In this document: piece after piece, positions 1-10,996 of the stretch
How positions within the stretch are numbered: the first letter of the stretch is position 1
Layout of the letters: the number at the start of each line of letters is the position of its first letter
Assembly: GCA_038821645.1 (NCBI GenBank)
Contig: JAWBDT010000006.1
Location: forward strand, 1 to 64,000
Direction of reading: 5' to 3'
Length of the DNA stretch: 64,000 nt
DNA from: Ignisphaera sp.
Lineage (GTDB): Archaea; Thermoproteota; Thermoprotei_A; Sulfolobales; Ignisphaeraceae
The notes under the pieces: generated by a model
The model's input: the letters and a program-made list of their open reading frames with translations, nothing else
What the model was told of the DNA's origin: nothing
Database searches by the model: none
Translations under genes and position numbers: made by a program

Positions 1-256
1 AAGAACTTATAATACAATATAGCGAAGATACAGCTATATTCCCTGGTTCTTGCTATAACATTGTTAAACCATGATTTATATGAATATACTATAAATGAAG
101 AGAATACATTCATGAATTTCTTGATCAGTAGAGTAGATCTATACCTATATCTAGATGCTATATATGGTCATAGGTCTAGTGACTATTGTTCTTGATTACA
201 TTAATTGATTAATATTTAATCTATATTAGCTTCATAGACAGTATAGGTTAAGAGGT

Positions 257-1042
257 ATGCTTTGTAGGGAATATAATCTTCAATCAATACATGATCACAA
301 TACCTTATGTAGAATACTATGTTATCCGAGATGTGATTCCACTTGTTTTAACAGAAGGATCGAAGATATAGAGAGATCTGGTATAGATGCTGTATATAGT
401 TTTGGTAAAATAGCTATATCTAGAGGTGTATATATTGTTGGTAAAGGTCATTCATCTATTGTTGCTCTAGCTCATCATTCTCTATATGGTGTTGTAGCTC
501 TAAAGATTAGGAGAACAGACTCTAAGAGATTTTCTCTAGTGTGGGAAGCTGAGATGCTCAGTAAAGCTTCAGCAACAGGATTCGTACCTAAAGTCTATAT
601 GGCTACAGAAGATGTATTGGTGAGAGAATATATTGATGGACCGACATTAGCAGAGTTTTTTATGAATATAAAGAATAATCGAGAGATATTGTTAAAAGCT
701 ATAGAGAGTTTGCTGAAAGCATCATACCATATGGATAAGATAGGGATAGATCTTGTCGAAATATCTAGACCTTTTAACCAAGTTGTGTATCTTTGTGAAA
801 ACCCCTCAAAACCTTTCTTCATTGATCTTGAATCCGCTAAAATATCTCTACAACCTTCAAATGTGACGAAGGTACTTGGATTCATAATCAATGGCACTAT
901 CAATGGTACTAAGATTAGAGAAATCATAGGTATTGAGCCTGATAAAGTAGGTATACTGATGAATTTAGCTAAAAGCTATAAAGCTGATAGTATTTGGAAG
1001 AAGAATATTGTTGATGAATTAGTTAAGATCATTATAGGCTAG
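257..1042 (+). CDS. Atypical Ser/Thr protein kinase (RIO/Bud32-like archaeal family)
   Basis: Gly-loop GKGHSS, VALK lysine, REYIDG hinge and IDLE metal-binding motif. Confidence 0.8.
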   Translation: MLCREYNLQSIHDHNTLCRILCYPRCDSTCFNRRIEDIERSGIDAVYSFGKIAISRGVYIVGKGHSSIVALAHHSLYGVVALKIRRTDSKRFSLVWEAEMLSKASATGFVPKVYMATEDVLVREYIDGPTLAEFFMNIKNNREILLKAIESLLKASYHMDKIGIDLVEISRPFNQVVYLCENPSKPFFIDLESAKISLQPSNVTKVLGFIINGTINGTKIREIIGIEPDKVGILMNLAKSYKADSIWKKNIVDELVKIIIG

Positions 1043-1121
1043 ACTGATATAATAAAAATGTTTAAAAGCATTGAGAAGGTTATTATCATAAGTATAGCTC
1101 TTTAAAGTTAGTGAAGACTTT

Positions 1122-1994
1122 ATGGAGTACTACGTATATAGATATATCAATGGAGCAACTATATCTGTTTGGGATGTTGAAGAAATTATCTCAAGGATCA
1201 AGAAGGGTGAGACAAGATTTAAAGTAACTGTTGATCTTGGTCTTAGAGAAACTGATATAGAGTATAGAAACGGTGTGGTAGTGATTAGTGGCGATACTAT
1301 AGACATTAATGAACTTAATGCTGTACGTGAAGGTTTTCTATACAAGTTAATTGATGGTCGTCTCCATAGACTTGACATGTATAGTGATGGTAAGTACTAT
1401 AAGCTGAGGCCTGTGGCACGAAATAAAGCTCCAACTATAGAGATCAACGGTATACATATGCATAGAATACAGAGTATAGATCCGTGGACCGATAGTTTTA
1501 CAAAAATTAGGAGCATTTCTAGAAGGATAAAGAATGCTAGAGTTCTAGATATATGTACAGGTCTTGGCTATACAGCCATAGCTGAGGTCATGTTTGGTGC
1601 TAAATCTGTAGTTACAGTAGAACTTGATAGCAATGTTCTATATCTAGCATCGCTTAATCCCTGGTCTAGAAAACTGGAAGACCCTAAGATCTCTATAGTT
1701 TTAGGAGATGCTTTCAATGTGCTAGATGAATTAGGTGAAGAAGATTTCGATGTTGTTGTACATGATCCTCCAAGATTTGAAATAGCTGGAGAACTTTATA
1801 GCTATGAATTCTATAAGAAGGTATACAGGGTTCTTAAAAAGAATGGAGTATTTGTACACTACACGGGAAATCCAGCTAAACATAGTAATATCGATATAAT
1901 TAAGGGTATAAAGAATAGGTTAAGTAGAGCCGGATTTAGTGAAATTCATTGGATAGAAAGTATCAAAGGATTCAAGGCAATTAAAGTAACGTAG
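1122..1994 (+). CDS. Archaeal SAM-dependent methyltransferase
   Basis: Motif I LDICTGLGYTA and HDPPRF motif. Confidence 0.85.
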   Translation: MEYYVYRYINGATISVWDVEEIISRIKKGETRFKVTVDLGLRETDIEYRNGVVVISGDTIDINELNAVREGFLYKLIDGRLHRLDMYSDGKYYKLRPVARNKAPTIEINGIHMHRIQSIDPWTDSFTKIRSISRRIKNARVLDICTGLGYTAIAEVMFGAKSVVTVELDSNVLYLASLNPWSRKLEDPKISIVLGDAFNVLDELGEEDFDVVVHDPPRFEIAGELYSYEFYKKVYRVLKKNGVFVHYTGNPAKHSNIDIIKGIKNRLSRAGFSEIHWIESIKGFKAIKVT

Positions 1995-2120
1995 ACTGTT
2001 TCTCTATAAAAGTTTTCAAGATGTTTTAGCCACCATAGTTGTTTAGAAAATTTAAATAATTAACAAAAACAATAAAAGCTTATAGAAATTACTCAAAACA
2101 CTTTATGATCTATCTATTGT

Positions 2121-2489
2121 TTATATAGTTGGTTTAATAGGTATTGTGCATAAGAATACTGTTCTTCCTTTATAGATGTTTCTATAGCTATGAACTTTAT
2201 TGGGCGGTATGTATATAGCTGTAAAGGGTTTTAGATAATGTTCTTCATCTTCTACAGAAACCTTTAGCTCACCTTCGAGTACTAGAATCTCGTGTTCCCA
2301 TGGATGACTATGGGCCTCGATATATCCACCTTCATCCATTTCGAAAATCCTCATCGAGAACGTTGGCATTTCATCTACAGAAAATAGAACCTTTATCCAT
2401 GTATTTACACCATTCTCAACTCTTTGTTTAGGAACTTCATGCACGTTAACAATCTTAACACGATTCATATTTACAACCATTTTGATCAT
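2121..2489 (-). CDS. Cupin-domain protein
   Basis: HSHPWEHE and IPPNKVH cupin motifs. Confidence 0.85.
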   Translation of the reverse strand: MIKMVVNMNRVKIVNVHEVPKQRVENGVNTWIKVLFSVDEMPTFSMRIFEMDEGGYIEAHSHPWEHEILVLEGELKVSVEDEEHYLKPFTAIYIPPNKVHSYRNIYKGRTVFLCTIPIKPTI

Positions 2490-2571
2490 CTTCTGAATAT
2501 TTTAGCTAGATACACATATAAACTTCTGTCTAGCTATAAACTTTGAATCGTAACCTAAATAGGGTGAATTT

Positions 2572-3252
2572 ATGGCTACAGAAGACTGGAAAACATATGC
2601 CAAACCTATAGAGACTGAAATAAAGAAAGATATACGTGATGAAGTACATGAGTTCTTAACTAAGGTCTTTAACGTCTACATGGTTAAAATGCCTCCACAC
2701 ATGTTTAGACAGTTAGAGATTGTTAGAGACAAGCTTATTGTGTTAACATCTAGATTCAGTAATGAGTATTATGAAGATTTATGTGATACCTTCTCTAAGA
2801 TCTACAGATTAATAGTTCTGGATAAAGATGTGCCTGAAGATGTTAAAAAACTTGTTAAAGAACTTTCGGAAAAAACAAACAGCTTCTTTAGTTCTAAAGG
2901 TATGCATATTTGTGTAAAGGAGTTGAAATACTATAACCTAAAGATTAAAGTACTATTCAATTCATCACCACTCAAAGACGCAAATGTTATATTAGAAGCA
3001 GAAGGAAGGATTGTAGCATCAAGTAAAACAGATGATAATGGCATTTGTGTAGTAGAGGTTCCAGAAGGTAAGTATTCTGTCTACACCTATAAGTATGTTA
3101 AGGAAGGTGAATATGTATATGAAGAAAAGACCTTATTTATACCAACAGAATTAGAGGTAGTATTCAATGTAACTGAAACTAAGTCTGCTAGTGAAATAGC
3201 TAGAGAAAGAGGTGGTAGACCGCTTATAAGAGAGGTTACAGAATCCAAGTAG
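2572..3252 (+). CDS. Hypothetical protein with helical N-domain and C-terminal carboxypeptidase-regulatory-like beta sandwich
   Basis: PLKDANV...KTDDNG...VPEGKYSV pattern; GGTGA RBS; no signal peptide. Confidence 0.6.
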   Translation: MATEDWKTYAKPIETEIKKDIRDEVHEFLTKVFNVYMVKMPPHMFRQLEIVRDKLIVLTSRFSNEYYEDLCDTFSKIYRLIVLDKDVPEDVKKLVKELSEKTNSFFSSKGMHICVKELKYYNLKIKVLFNSSPLKDANVILEAEGRIVASSKTDDNGICVVEVPEGKYSVYTYKYVKEGEYVYEEKTLFIPTELEVVFNVTETKSASEIARERGGRPLIREVTESK

Positions 3253-3392
3253 TTTCCAGTTTTCTATATGTATTTCTTTAATTGCTTGAATCCTCAATAG
3301 ACATTATATTTATGGAAACATATTCTAAACTAGATTATCTGGAGACGGTATATTGATTGTTGTATGTATCTAAGGATAGAAACATCAATTGA

Positions 3393-4334
3393 TTATATAC
3401 TGTATTCACAAACTCTATATATCTTCTCTCTATAGCTATAGAATTCGATAACTATCTTGTTTTTTGATAAAAGAAGAGCTTCATCTAAAGCATTCCAGAG
3501 ATCTTCAATTGTCTTTATCTTGAAATTATCTATAGCTACTAATATATCTCCTACACTTATTCCACAGATAGATGAGAGTTTATTGTTGAATATACTGGAT
3601 ACTACAATTCCTTCAATTCTTTCTTTAGATCTAAGTCCATACTCAATAACCCTTATACCCAACTTAATATGGTTTACATATCCATATTTTTTGAGTATAT
3701 TGTAGCTATAGTGAATCCTTCTAGAGGGAACTATTAATGTGAATTCATGGGTATTGAATGCATTACCAACTATTATACCTACTGCTTTTCCATAGATATC
3801 TATTAAGGGACCTCCGCTCATCCCTGGTACTACTGGTGTACTAGCTGTTAATAGACCCTCGATATATTCATTACCTATAGATGCATTTATCTTGTGTCCA
3901 CTTATTATTCCTAAAGAGAAGAATGGTCTTAGAAGTCCAAGAGGCATACCACATGCTAGAACAATACTCCCTATAGGTGGTTCTTCTAGCTCTAGAGAAA
4001 TTGGATTCAAAGCTTTATCACTTTCTATGAACATTAAATCCCATCTATTATCGATACCCTTTACTCTACCTTCAGAAGATTCACCATTGGCATCGATAAC
4101 ACATATACTGTCCTTTGGCTCTATATGTGCTACAGAAACAACAGTACCTCTATCTATAGCGAAACCTGTAGCAAAATGTTCAAACTCATGCTCATCTCTA
4201 CATGAAGAGTTGCGAGGCACAGAAACTATATAGAGAGAATTCAGTGTTTTAGAAATTATAGACACAATCCATTTATTCAGTACCTGGGCTACATCACCCT
4301 TAAACAAGTCATTTACTGCATCTTTACTGTTCAT
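3393..4334 (-). CDS. HtrA/DegP-like trypsin-family serine protease with PDZ domain
   Basis: Triad VAH / WDL / PGMSGGP; C-terminal GISVGDILVAID PDZ motif. Confidence 0.85.
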   Translation of the reverse strand: MNSKDAVNDLFKGDVAQVLNKWIVSIISKTLNSLYIVSVPRNSSCRDEHEFEHFATGFAIDRGTVVSVAHIEPKDSICVIDANGESSEGRVKGIDNRWDLMFIESDKALNPISLELEEPPIGSIVLACGMPLGLLRPFFSLGIISGHKINASIGNEYIEGLLTASTPVVPGMSGGPLIDIYGKAVGIIVGNAFNTHEFTLIVPSRRIHYSYNILKKYGYVNHIKLGIRVIEYGLRSKERIEGIVVSSIFNNKLSSICGISVGDILVAIDNFKIKTIEDLWNALDEALLLSKNKIVIEFYSYREKIYRVCEYSI

Positions 4335-4439
4335 ATGATATCCCTTATCCTACATACAGTATTTGACGTAAAGGTTATTTTGAGTAAATCACCTTATCAA
4401 GTAGTAAAAAGAAGAAGATAGTTTTCATGGCGAAGCACG

Positions 4440-4721
4440 ATGATGTGTTTAAAAATATACATTAAAGGTGTTGTAAAAGGGGTAGGATATCTAGCTTACA
4501 TCTATATACAGGCCGAAAGACTTAGTATAAAAGGGTATGCTCGTTACTTTAGCGATGATATTGTAGAGGTTGTGGCTATAGGTAGTGAAGATACTGTAAG
4601 CAGATTTGTAGATAGATTGAGATTTCACGACACTATGGCCATAGTAAACAATATCGAGATTAACAAGTGTAGCGATATTGCATTAACTAATGTAGAGAGT
4701 TTTGAGATATACTTTAGCTAG
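4440..4721 (+). CDS. Acylphosphatase-fold protein, catalytic Arg and Asn replaced
   Basis: GVVKGVGYL...KGYARYF..D.VEV aligns with the consensus GxVQGVGFR...GxVRN. Confidence 0.75.
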   Translation: MMCLKIYIKGVVKGVGYLAYIYIQAERLSIKGYARYFSDDIVEVVAIGSEDTVSRFVDRLRFHDTMAIVNNIEINKCSDIALTNVESFEIYFS

Positions 4722-5101
4722 AGTTTTTCGAGAATAGATCTGATTATCGAATCATGTTCAGCATACTTCTTTAGCACTACATAAGCTTTATCAGAAGCAA
4801 TAAGTTTTCCATTTTCTTCTTTGACCAAGTTCATGAGCTTCAACATATTCACATCAAGTAGTATTTCTTTTGAAACACCTACTCCATACCTATTTCCATT
4901 TACTTGGTATCCTGTATCGATACCGTGTTTATGTAGATACGATAAATAGGATGCAACATCTTTAATTGTTAGACCATCTCTACTTTTAGCTATTATAGCT
5001 AAGATGATCATCTGGGGAGGGGTTTTGTGATACAAGGTCATCTCCAAGGTTGTACTAAGATGATAATACCATATAACTACTGAGACCAACATATAGTCCA
5101 T
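4718..5101 (-). CDS. Hypothetical winged-helix-like protein
   Basis: IILAII..RDGLTIKDV...LVKEENGKLIASDKA wHTH-like pattern; start may be near 5042. Confidence 0.5.
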   Translation of the reverse strand: MDYMLVSVVIWYYHLSTTLEMTLYHKTPPQMIILAIIAKSRDGLTIKDVASYLSYLHKHGIDTGYQVNGNRYGVGVSKEILLDVNMLKLMNLVKEENGKLIASDKAYVVLKKYAEHDSIIRSILEKL

Positions 5102-5130
5102 ATATTAATGGTCTCTATCTTTAAGTAAAT

Positions 5131-5319
5131 TTAGTAACATTTTGCTGAACTTTCAGGAAAAAGCTTCTTTACTATATCTCGGTTTCTATAGATATCAGCA
5201 ACAAATTTTATGGCATTACATACGTCTTCTGTACCTTTCTTGTTCTTCACTATAATATTAAGAAAGACTTTATAGCCAGGTGCAATTCTATCGAGTTTCT
5301 CTTCATCCATTATTCTCAA
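5131..5319 (-). CDS. Small hypothetical protein
   Basis: 62-aa ORF with normal composition, co-oriented with 4718..5101. Confidence 0.45.
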   Translation of the reverse strand: MRIMDEEKLDRIAPGYKVFLNIIVKNKKGTEDVCNAIKFVADIYRNRDIVKKLFPESSAKCY

Positions 5320-5573
5320 TGTAATCAGCCTTTTAAATTATTACCAGCATTAAGTATTATCTTTTGAGGTTTAGGCGACTAACAATCATATGTGAATAAT
5401 ACAATTTAGTTCGCAGTAGCCACTCAATCTCTATTTATACCTTTAGCAATTAATTAGAGTAAACATTGAATGTGAGATACATATTATGTAAACACAAGAC
5501 TTGTGAAAGCTTCAGAATCTGGAGTACACTAGTAAATTGTAGTTTCACAATATTGTTTCAGAGAATCTACTTC

Positions 5574-5987
5574 CTATTCTCTATATGCTATAACATCGAT
5601 TTCCACCTTTACACCCCGAGGTAATGCTGATACTTGTACCGTTGTTCTAGCTGGTGGCTTTTCATCAAAGTAGAGACTGTAGATAGTGTTAAAGTCCTGA
5701 AGATCATTTAAATCGGTTAAGTATACCGTAACCTTGACCACATCCTTAAGCGAATAATTGCATGCTTCAAGTATCGACTTTATATTTTCAAGAACTCTTC
5801 GTGTTTGATCCTTTATATCTCCTTCAATAATACGACCTGTGGAAGGCTCTATAGGTATTTGACCTGAAATAAATAGCCATGGTCCTATCTTTACTGCTTG
5901 TGAATAAGGTCCTATAGGTTTTGGTGCTTTATCTGTGTAGATAATCTCTTTAGCCATAGTCAGCACCTCGATAAGATTTCTACTCAT
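5574..5987 (-). CDS. ridA: RidA/YjgF family enamine deaminase
   Basis: GPYSQAV, SGQIP, PPART and VEID motifs; real start probably MAKEII near 5957. Confidence 0.92.
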   Translation of the reverse strand: MSRNLIEVLTMAKEIIYTDKAPKPIGPYSQAVKIGPWLFISGQIPIEPSTGRIIEGDIKDQTRRVLENIKSILEACNYSLKDVVKVTVYLTDLNDLQDFNTIYSLYFDEKPPARTTVQVSALPRGVKVEIDVIAYRE

Positions 5988-6194
5988 CTCTAATACAATC
6001 CATAAGATATAAATGCCTATCTGTAGCCATTTTTATGTCATCATTGTGTATTTTCTGTTCATCAAAACTATGTATCATTATGTTGACGCTTTATTAGAAT
6101 AATGTTTAATAGGTTATAGTGATAGATGTATGATGCTATCGAGTCTTAAATATCTCTATAGCGGTTTCAAAAGCGTTGAGTTGAGGGAATATCA

Positions 6195-6875
6195 ATGCTA
6201 CCTATTGTAACAATTGAGGAACTGATGTATGATATTTTAAAAGCCATACCTTTGTTCATATACATAACATTTTTAGTATATTTCGTTACAAAACACCTCT
6301 ATAACTTTATGATTTCTAGAGGCTTAAAGCATAATGTTGCTGTATACTTTAATAGAAAGATCATACATATGATGAGTGGAGGTATTGTTGCGCTTCTTGT
6401 ACCGATACTATTTACTGAACCTTTTGTACCAATGTTTTTCGCATATCTATTAGCTATTGCTGTATATCTGCCACATAGATCGAGAAAGATAATGAGCTGG
6501 TTTCAAACCGAAGACAATATGTATGAAGTTAATTTCTGTATAGCTTGGGGATCATCGATATTCATCTTATGGATACTAACTAGAGATCCATGGATAGCTA
6601 TTCTACCTGCTTTAGCTATATCTTTTGGTGATGCTGTTACAGGTATAGTTAGAAACATATTCTTTGGATATAGAACAAAACATTGGTTAGGAAACATAGC
6701 TATGGCCATCGTTATGATGCCTATAGGCTATATATTCTCAGGATTGATAGGTTCTCTAGCTATGGGTATAGCATCAGTTGTTGAAAGAATAGAAATAAAT
6801 CCTGTAGACGACAACATCTTTATAACACTTACAGTAACAGCTATAATAGCTATAAACTATCTCTTTATGCCATAA
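6195..6875 (+). CDS. Dolichol/phytol kinase (CTP_transf_1-like) membrane protein
   Basis: RKIIH, SFGDAVTG, TKHW and DDN motifs; multiple TM helices. Confidence 0.8.
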   Translation: MLPIVTIEELMYDILKAIPLFIYITFLVYFVTKHLYNFMISRGLKHNVAVYFNRKIIHMMSGGIVALLVPILFTEPFVPMFFAYLLAIAVYLPHRSRKIMSWFQTEDNMYEVNFCIAWGSSIFILWILTRDPWIAILPALAISFGDAVTGIVRNIFFGYRTKHWLGNIAMAIVMMPIGYIFSGLIGSLAMGIASVVERIEINPVDDNIFITLTVTAIIAINYLFMP

Positions 6876-7131
6876 TCAATATATTTGTATTACACATTTG
6901 GATCAAATCATTGGACATATTTACTGAAGAACTGACACTCTGTATTACACAAAATTTTTACAACATCTGTAAAACCTAATGACTTGTAACTCATTAAGAA
7001 TATTACTAAGAGAAGCTTAGATGCTTGATACATTCATTATATCTATTGATATTATTATACCTTGTGGTCTATACTTAACCTATAATTAATCTATGAAACA
7101 CACAAATTCTTATTGTCTAGATGCTATATAT

Positions 7132-8655
7132 CTACCTTCGTCTAAAGTAGAGTAGTGACGAGAATACTGCAGCAACAATTATTAACACAACAACTATGTA
7201 GTTTCTATACTCTTGTGCAAAAGATTGTGGAGTATGTTCCCTAGCTTCTTGTGTTACTGTTGTTTGTTGCTGAGATACTTCTTCTACTCTAAGTATTTTT
7301 ATAGAACTTTCTGCTGAATGTAGTTCGTTTGTTTCTTTTACTACAGCCTTAAGCTTATATTCACCTGGTATCGTGGGTATGAATATTGTTTCAGTAAAAC
7401 CATTAACATCCGTTATAACATTAGTGTAGATTCTCCAGGTATCTTCTTTTGGAGATATGTATAGAATTGCTACAGATGTTTTCACTTTAGGTTCTATTGC
7501 TACTCTTATCTTTACCTGTCTACCTACCTCAACAACTTCTTTGTCTAACTCAAGTGATATAGATGGCTTCACTCTCTCTACAGATACAGCAACAATATTG
7601 CTTAAACTTTCTCTCAATAATTCGCTTTCTATATTCCTTACTCTAAATAGATAGGTACCAGATGTATTTGGTATCCATACATAGCTAAATCTTCCTTCAC
7701 TATCTGTTGTAATTTCTTCAACTCTGTTCCAGTCAATCCCATCGATACTGTTCTCTAGAATAAGCCTGAGTCCTTGAACTGGGGTGGCTGAACCATATAT
7801 CTTTACCGGTTTAAAAACATAGGTAACAGAAGTGTTCATCTGTAGAATTATTCTTGGTACACCTTTTACGTATATCTTTGTCGATGCTATCGAGTACCCC
7901 ACAAATCCTTCAGATGTTGTATAGTTTATAACCGCTGTAATTATGTATATACCCTGTTTATCTAGATATAGAGGAAACCGAGTTGATGTTGTATTAAATG
8001 GCAACATAATTCTATAGAATATCGATGTGTAGAGAGAGCTATTCACATACATCATGAGATACACATTATATAAAGGATTCGGAGAATCATTTGATGCCCT
8101 AACATCAATAATGTAGATAGTGTCATACTTATCTACAGATAGACTTAATCTTACAACAGATGGCAAAATATTGATAGGAATAGCTCTTACTGTAAAGTTC
8201 TCTGTAAAGAACTCTCTACCATTATAACTCTCTACATATCCACTAACATAGATATATAGATCAATTAGCGTCGAACTCTTACTATCTAAAAGATAGTGAG
8301 GATCTATCGTAGGTAAATTTAGTGTAACGCTCTTCTCTTCTCCTACTCGACTAAACATACCAACATATGTAGATACATCAATTTCTCCTGTAGAAACTCT
8401 CAAGCTATATATGGTTAGACTACCTTTCCCTACTTCACGAACTCTGAAAACAGCATCTATATCCACAACACTACCTGCTATCCATATCCATGGGAAAGAG
8501 ACATGAAATTCCAAGACCCAGTCATCTACAGTGATTATATATGATGCAGATCTTTTTTGATCTCTACTACTTTGCATAACTATACAAGCAATATTAGATA
8601 ACATTGATAGAAGTAAAAAGAAACTAACAATGTATGGGAACAGCTTCTTGTTCAT
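7132..8655 (-). CDS. Secreted Ig-like repeat surface protein with C-terminal membrane anchor
   Basis: Signal peptide; repeated TDSEGRF/TDVNGF...GxY Ig-like strands; Q/T linker; TM followed by RRR. Confidence 0.75.
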   Translation of the reverse strand: MNKKLFPYIVSFFLLLSMLSNIACIVMQSSRDQKRSASYIITVDDWVLEFHVSFPWIWIAGSVVDIDAVFRVREVGKGSLTIYSLRVSTGEIDVSTYVGMFSRVGEEKSVTLNLPTIDPHYLLDSKSSTLIDLYIYVSGYVESYNGREFFTENFTVRAIPINILPSVVRLSLSVDKYDTIYIIDVRASNDSPNPLYNVYLMMYVNSSLYTSIFYRIMLPFNTTSTRFPLYLDKQGIYIITAVINYTTSEGFVGYSIASTKIYVKGVPRIILQMNTSVTYVFKPVKIYGSATPVQGLRLILENSIDGIDWNRVEEITTDSEGRFSYVWIPNTSGTYLFRVRNIESELLRESLSNIVAVSVERVKPSISLELDKEVVEVGRQVKIRVAIEPKVKTSVAILYISPKEDTWRIYTNVITDVNGFTETIFIPTIPGEYKLKAVVKETNELHSAESSIKILRVEEVSQQQTTVTQEAREHTPQSFAQEYRNYIVVVLIIVAAVFSSLLYFRRR

Positions 8656-10928
8656 TTTATCAACCTCTTAAGATGTATTACCAATAAGATACCTATGCTA
8701 CTAGGTATTAGAATTATTAAAGTAATAACCACGATGTTCAAAATCGTGGAGTTGTCTATCGATTCTTGTAATTGACTAGATTCTATATGTTCCATGTAAT
8801 TGTTAGAAGTATGGGTATAAGTATGCAAGGTTATTGGAGATGGACCAGTAAGAGTATGTTTAGCTGTATCATTACTAGTGTTCTCCAAAGGACTCAACCC
8901 TTCTATACCGATATCTATAGAGATATTCTCGTTAGATAGACATCTGGTAATTAAGACTGTATAGCTTTTATCATCAACATATATCGATAAAGGAGATAGA
9001 CATGGTACTGAAACTGTTATAACACCTTTATCATCTGTATATAGTACTATTGAAAAGTTATAGAATGATGCATAAATAGTTATTGGTTTAAATTTTACTG
9101 GTACCCCATTCTCTGTAACCATAAGTGTAAGTAGTGATGTTGAAGATTTTTTATCTAGCTCTACCACAATTCTACTGTATATAGATACATCATCTAGAGG
9201 TACCTTATTGTCTTGATATCTATTGACATCAATGTATAGTGATAGTATAGTAGATCCCCATCCCAGATAGTGGATAGTGATTTTTTTCATATTTATATAG
9301 AGATGTATTGAAGTGTTAGCTAGTGGTGGTGGAACTGATGGATTTAGTACTATGTATTGTTTTGTATGTCTATACTCTATATCTACTCCATAAAATCCAT
9401 AGAGCATAACGTAATCAGAGTTTATTGATATTGATTCTTGTTTTAGAGAATATTCGAAGTATTTATTCAGAAACGTCATGGATTCCTCAATTCTATTGCA
9501 TCGTGCTAAAACAATAATGTATAGTTCTACCAATCCATTATAGTGTAATGCTGAAATATTCAGTTTCTCAATACTATCTATAAAACGATCGATATAGATA
9601 CACAAGTTATTGGATAATGATGTGAAAGCTAGAATGAGTAGCACATCTTCACTCATACTCTCTACGATACTAGAAGATTGTTTAAGCAATCTATGGATAC
9701 TATCTAGGTAGCTATCAATATTCTCGAAGTTTCTGCATAATGTATAGCTACAATATTCTTTCATCTTCTCTAATATGAGATATTTAAAACATATTTTGAC
9801 CCAATTTAGCGAATCTTCTTTATTCTCGATATATTTTATAGTATCGTTGTATATCTTCTCTAAATAATGCTCATTAACATATCTTTTTATGGCTGGTCCA
9901 TAGGCTTTATAGAGATTGGTTATGATATCCAGATATGAGTACTGTATTACTGGTTCATCAAGATCATATAAGCCGTAGCTAAAACCATTAAGAAGATATA
10001 TCAATCCATATCGAAAGTTGGAGAATTTGAATATATAGGATAATGAAATTAGATCAAGAGGATTTATATTAGTAGAAAAATCGATATAGCCTATATGTGA
10101 AAATCTATTGAGTTTCATGTAAATACTAAACATATAGAGTTTCTGTATAGATTTGTATTTAGTGTCTATTCTAGGTAAATCACTTAATATATTTGTAAAA
10201 TATTGTTTAGAAAATTCTATTAGATTATATACAGAACGTCGATCAATATACATTAATACTTTGTCAAAACCTATCAAGAGATTCATGCATCTAGAGATAC
10301 TTATGTTCATACTAATACTTTGTTCTGTGTATATGTAATCAACAAATGGTTTATCTAGGAGAACTAGATATAGTGTCTTGTTATTGATCTCTATACCGAA
10401 AGTTTTGCTATAGCTTGAGTCTATAGTAGAGATAGATAGATTTGATGATACATAGATATCTAGCGTTATTAGAGTTTGTCGAGTATTAGGAAGACACAAC
10501 ATTAGATAGAACGAGTTGTATCTGTATAGAGATGCTGTGTAGAGTGTGATCTGTATATCGTTTTCTTTACCTAGTTTGTGTCTCGATGAGACTCCATATC
10601 CATAGAAGACTATGCTTGAACTATTAGTGTGGCTCAAAAGGTTCCTTCCATCTATAGCTATCCTAAAGTGTATCTCTAGATATGAATCACCATTGTATAT
10701 GTTAAGAGACTTGGGCACACCTTTATAGATATACAACGTGGTTATAGTATTTGAGTATAAGGCTGAATATATATCTCTTAGAGGTATAATTGCTTCTAGA
10801 GATTCATCGAATTCTAGTGAAGGAACATCTATAGTCTGTCCATAGATATCAATATTATGCATACCACTAAATATAGATATATAGATTAGTATCGTTACTA
10901 GTAATGCGATTTTCTTCATCATAGACAC
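8652..10928 (-). CDS. Large secreted, membrane-anchored protein, possibly six-hairpin glycosidase-like
   Basis: Signal peptide, helical core, GH-like beta sandwich (LNPSVP...YLGWG), Ig-like domain, S/T linker and C-terminal TM. Confidence 0.6.
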   Translation of the reverse strand: MSMMKKIALLVTILIYISIFSGMHNIDIYGQTIDVPSLEFDESLEAIIPLRDIYSALYSNTITTLYIYKGVPKSLNIYNGDSYLEIHFRIAIDGRNLLSHTNSSSIVFYGYGVSSRHKLGKENDIQITLYTASLYRYNSFYLMLCLPNTRQTLITLDIYVSSNLSISTIDSSYSKTFGIEINNKTLYLVLLDKPFVDYIYTEQSISMNISISRCMNLLIGFDKVLMYIDRRSVYNLIEFSKQYFTNILSDLPRIDTKYKSIQKLYMFSIYMKLNRFSHIGYIDFSTNINPLDLISLSYIFKFSNFRYGLIYLLNGFSYGLYDLDEPVIQYSYLDIITNLYKAYGPAIKRYVNEHYLEKIYNDTIKYIENKEDSLNWVKICFKYLILEKMKEYCSYTLCRNFENIDSYLDSIHRLLKQSSSIVESMSEDVLLILAFTSLSNNLCIYIDRFIDSIEKLNISALHYNGLVELYIIVLARCNRIEESMTFLNKYFEYSLKQESISINSDYVMLYGFYGVDIEYRHTKQYIVLNPSVPPPLANTSIHLYINMKKITIHYLGWGSTILSLYIDVNRYQDNKVPLDDVSIYSRIVVELDKKSSTSLLTLMVTENGVPVKFKPITIYASFYNFSIVLYTDDKGVITVSVPCLSPLSIYVDDKSYTVLITRCLSNENISIDIGIEGLSPLENTSNDTAKHTLTGPSPITLHTYTHTSNNYMEHIESSQLQESIDNSTILNIVVITLIILIPSSIGILLVIHLKRLIK

Positions 10929-10996
10929 TACTTTTCAGATATTATCAACAAAATTATTATTTGAACGGAGTAAAGCGACTAGAGGTCGCAAAACTA

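Noticed and set aside
1-74. Possible 3' end of a CDS (ELIIQYSEDTAIFPGSCYNIVKP*)
   Set aside because: Too short to assign strand or product.
6010-6070. Two TGATGA words on the minus strand resembling C boxes
   Set aside because: No proper D' box, and the would-be guides are AT-rich.
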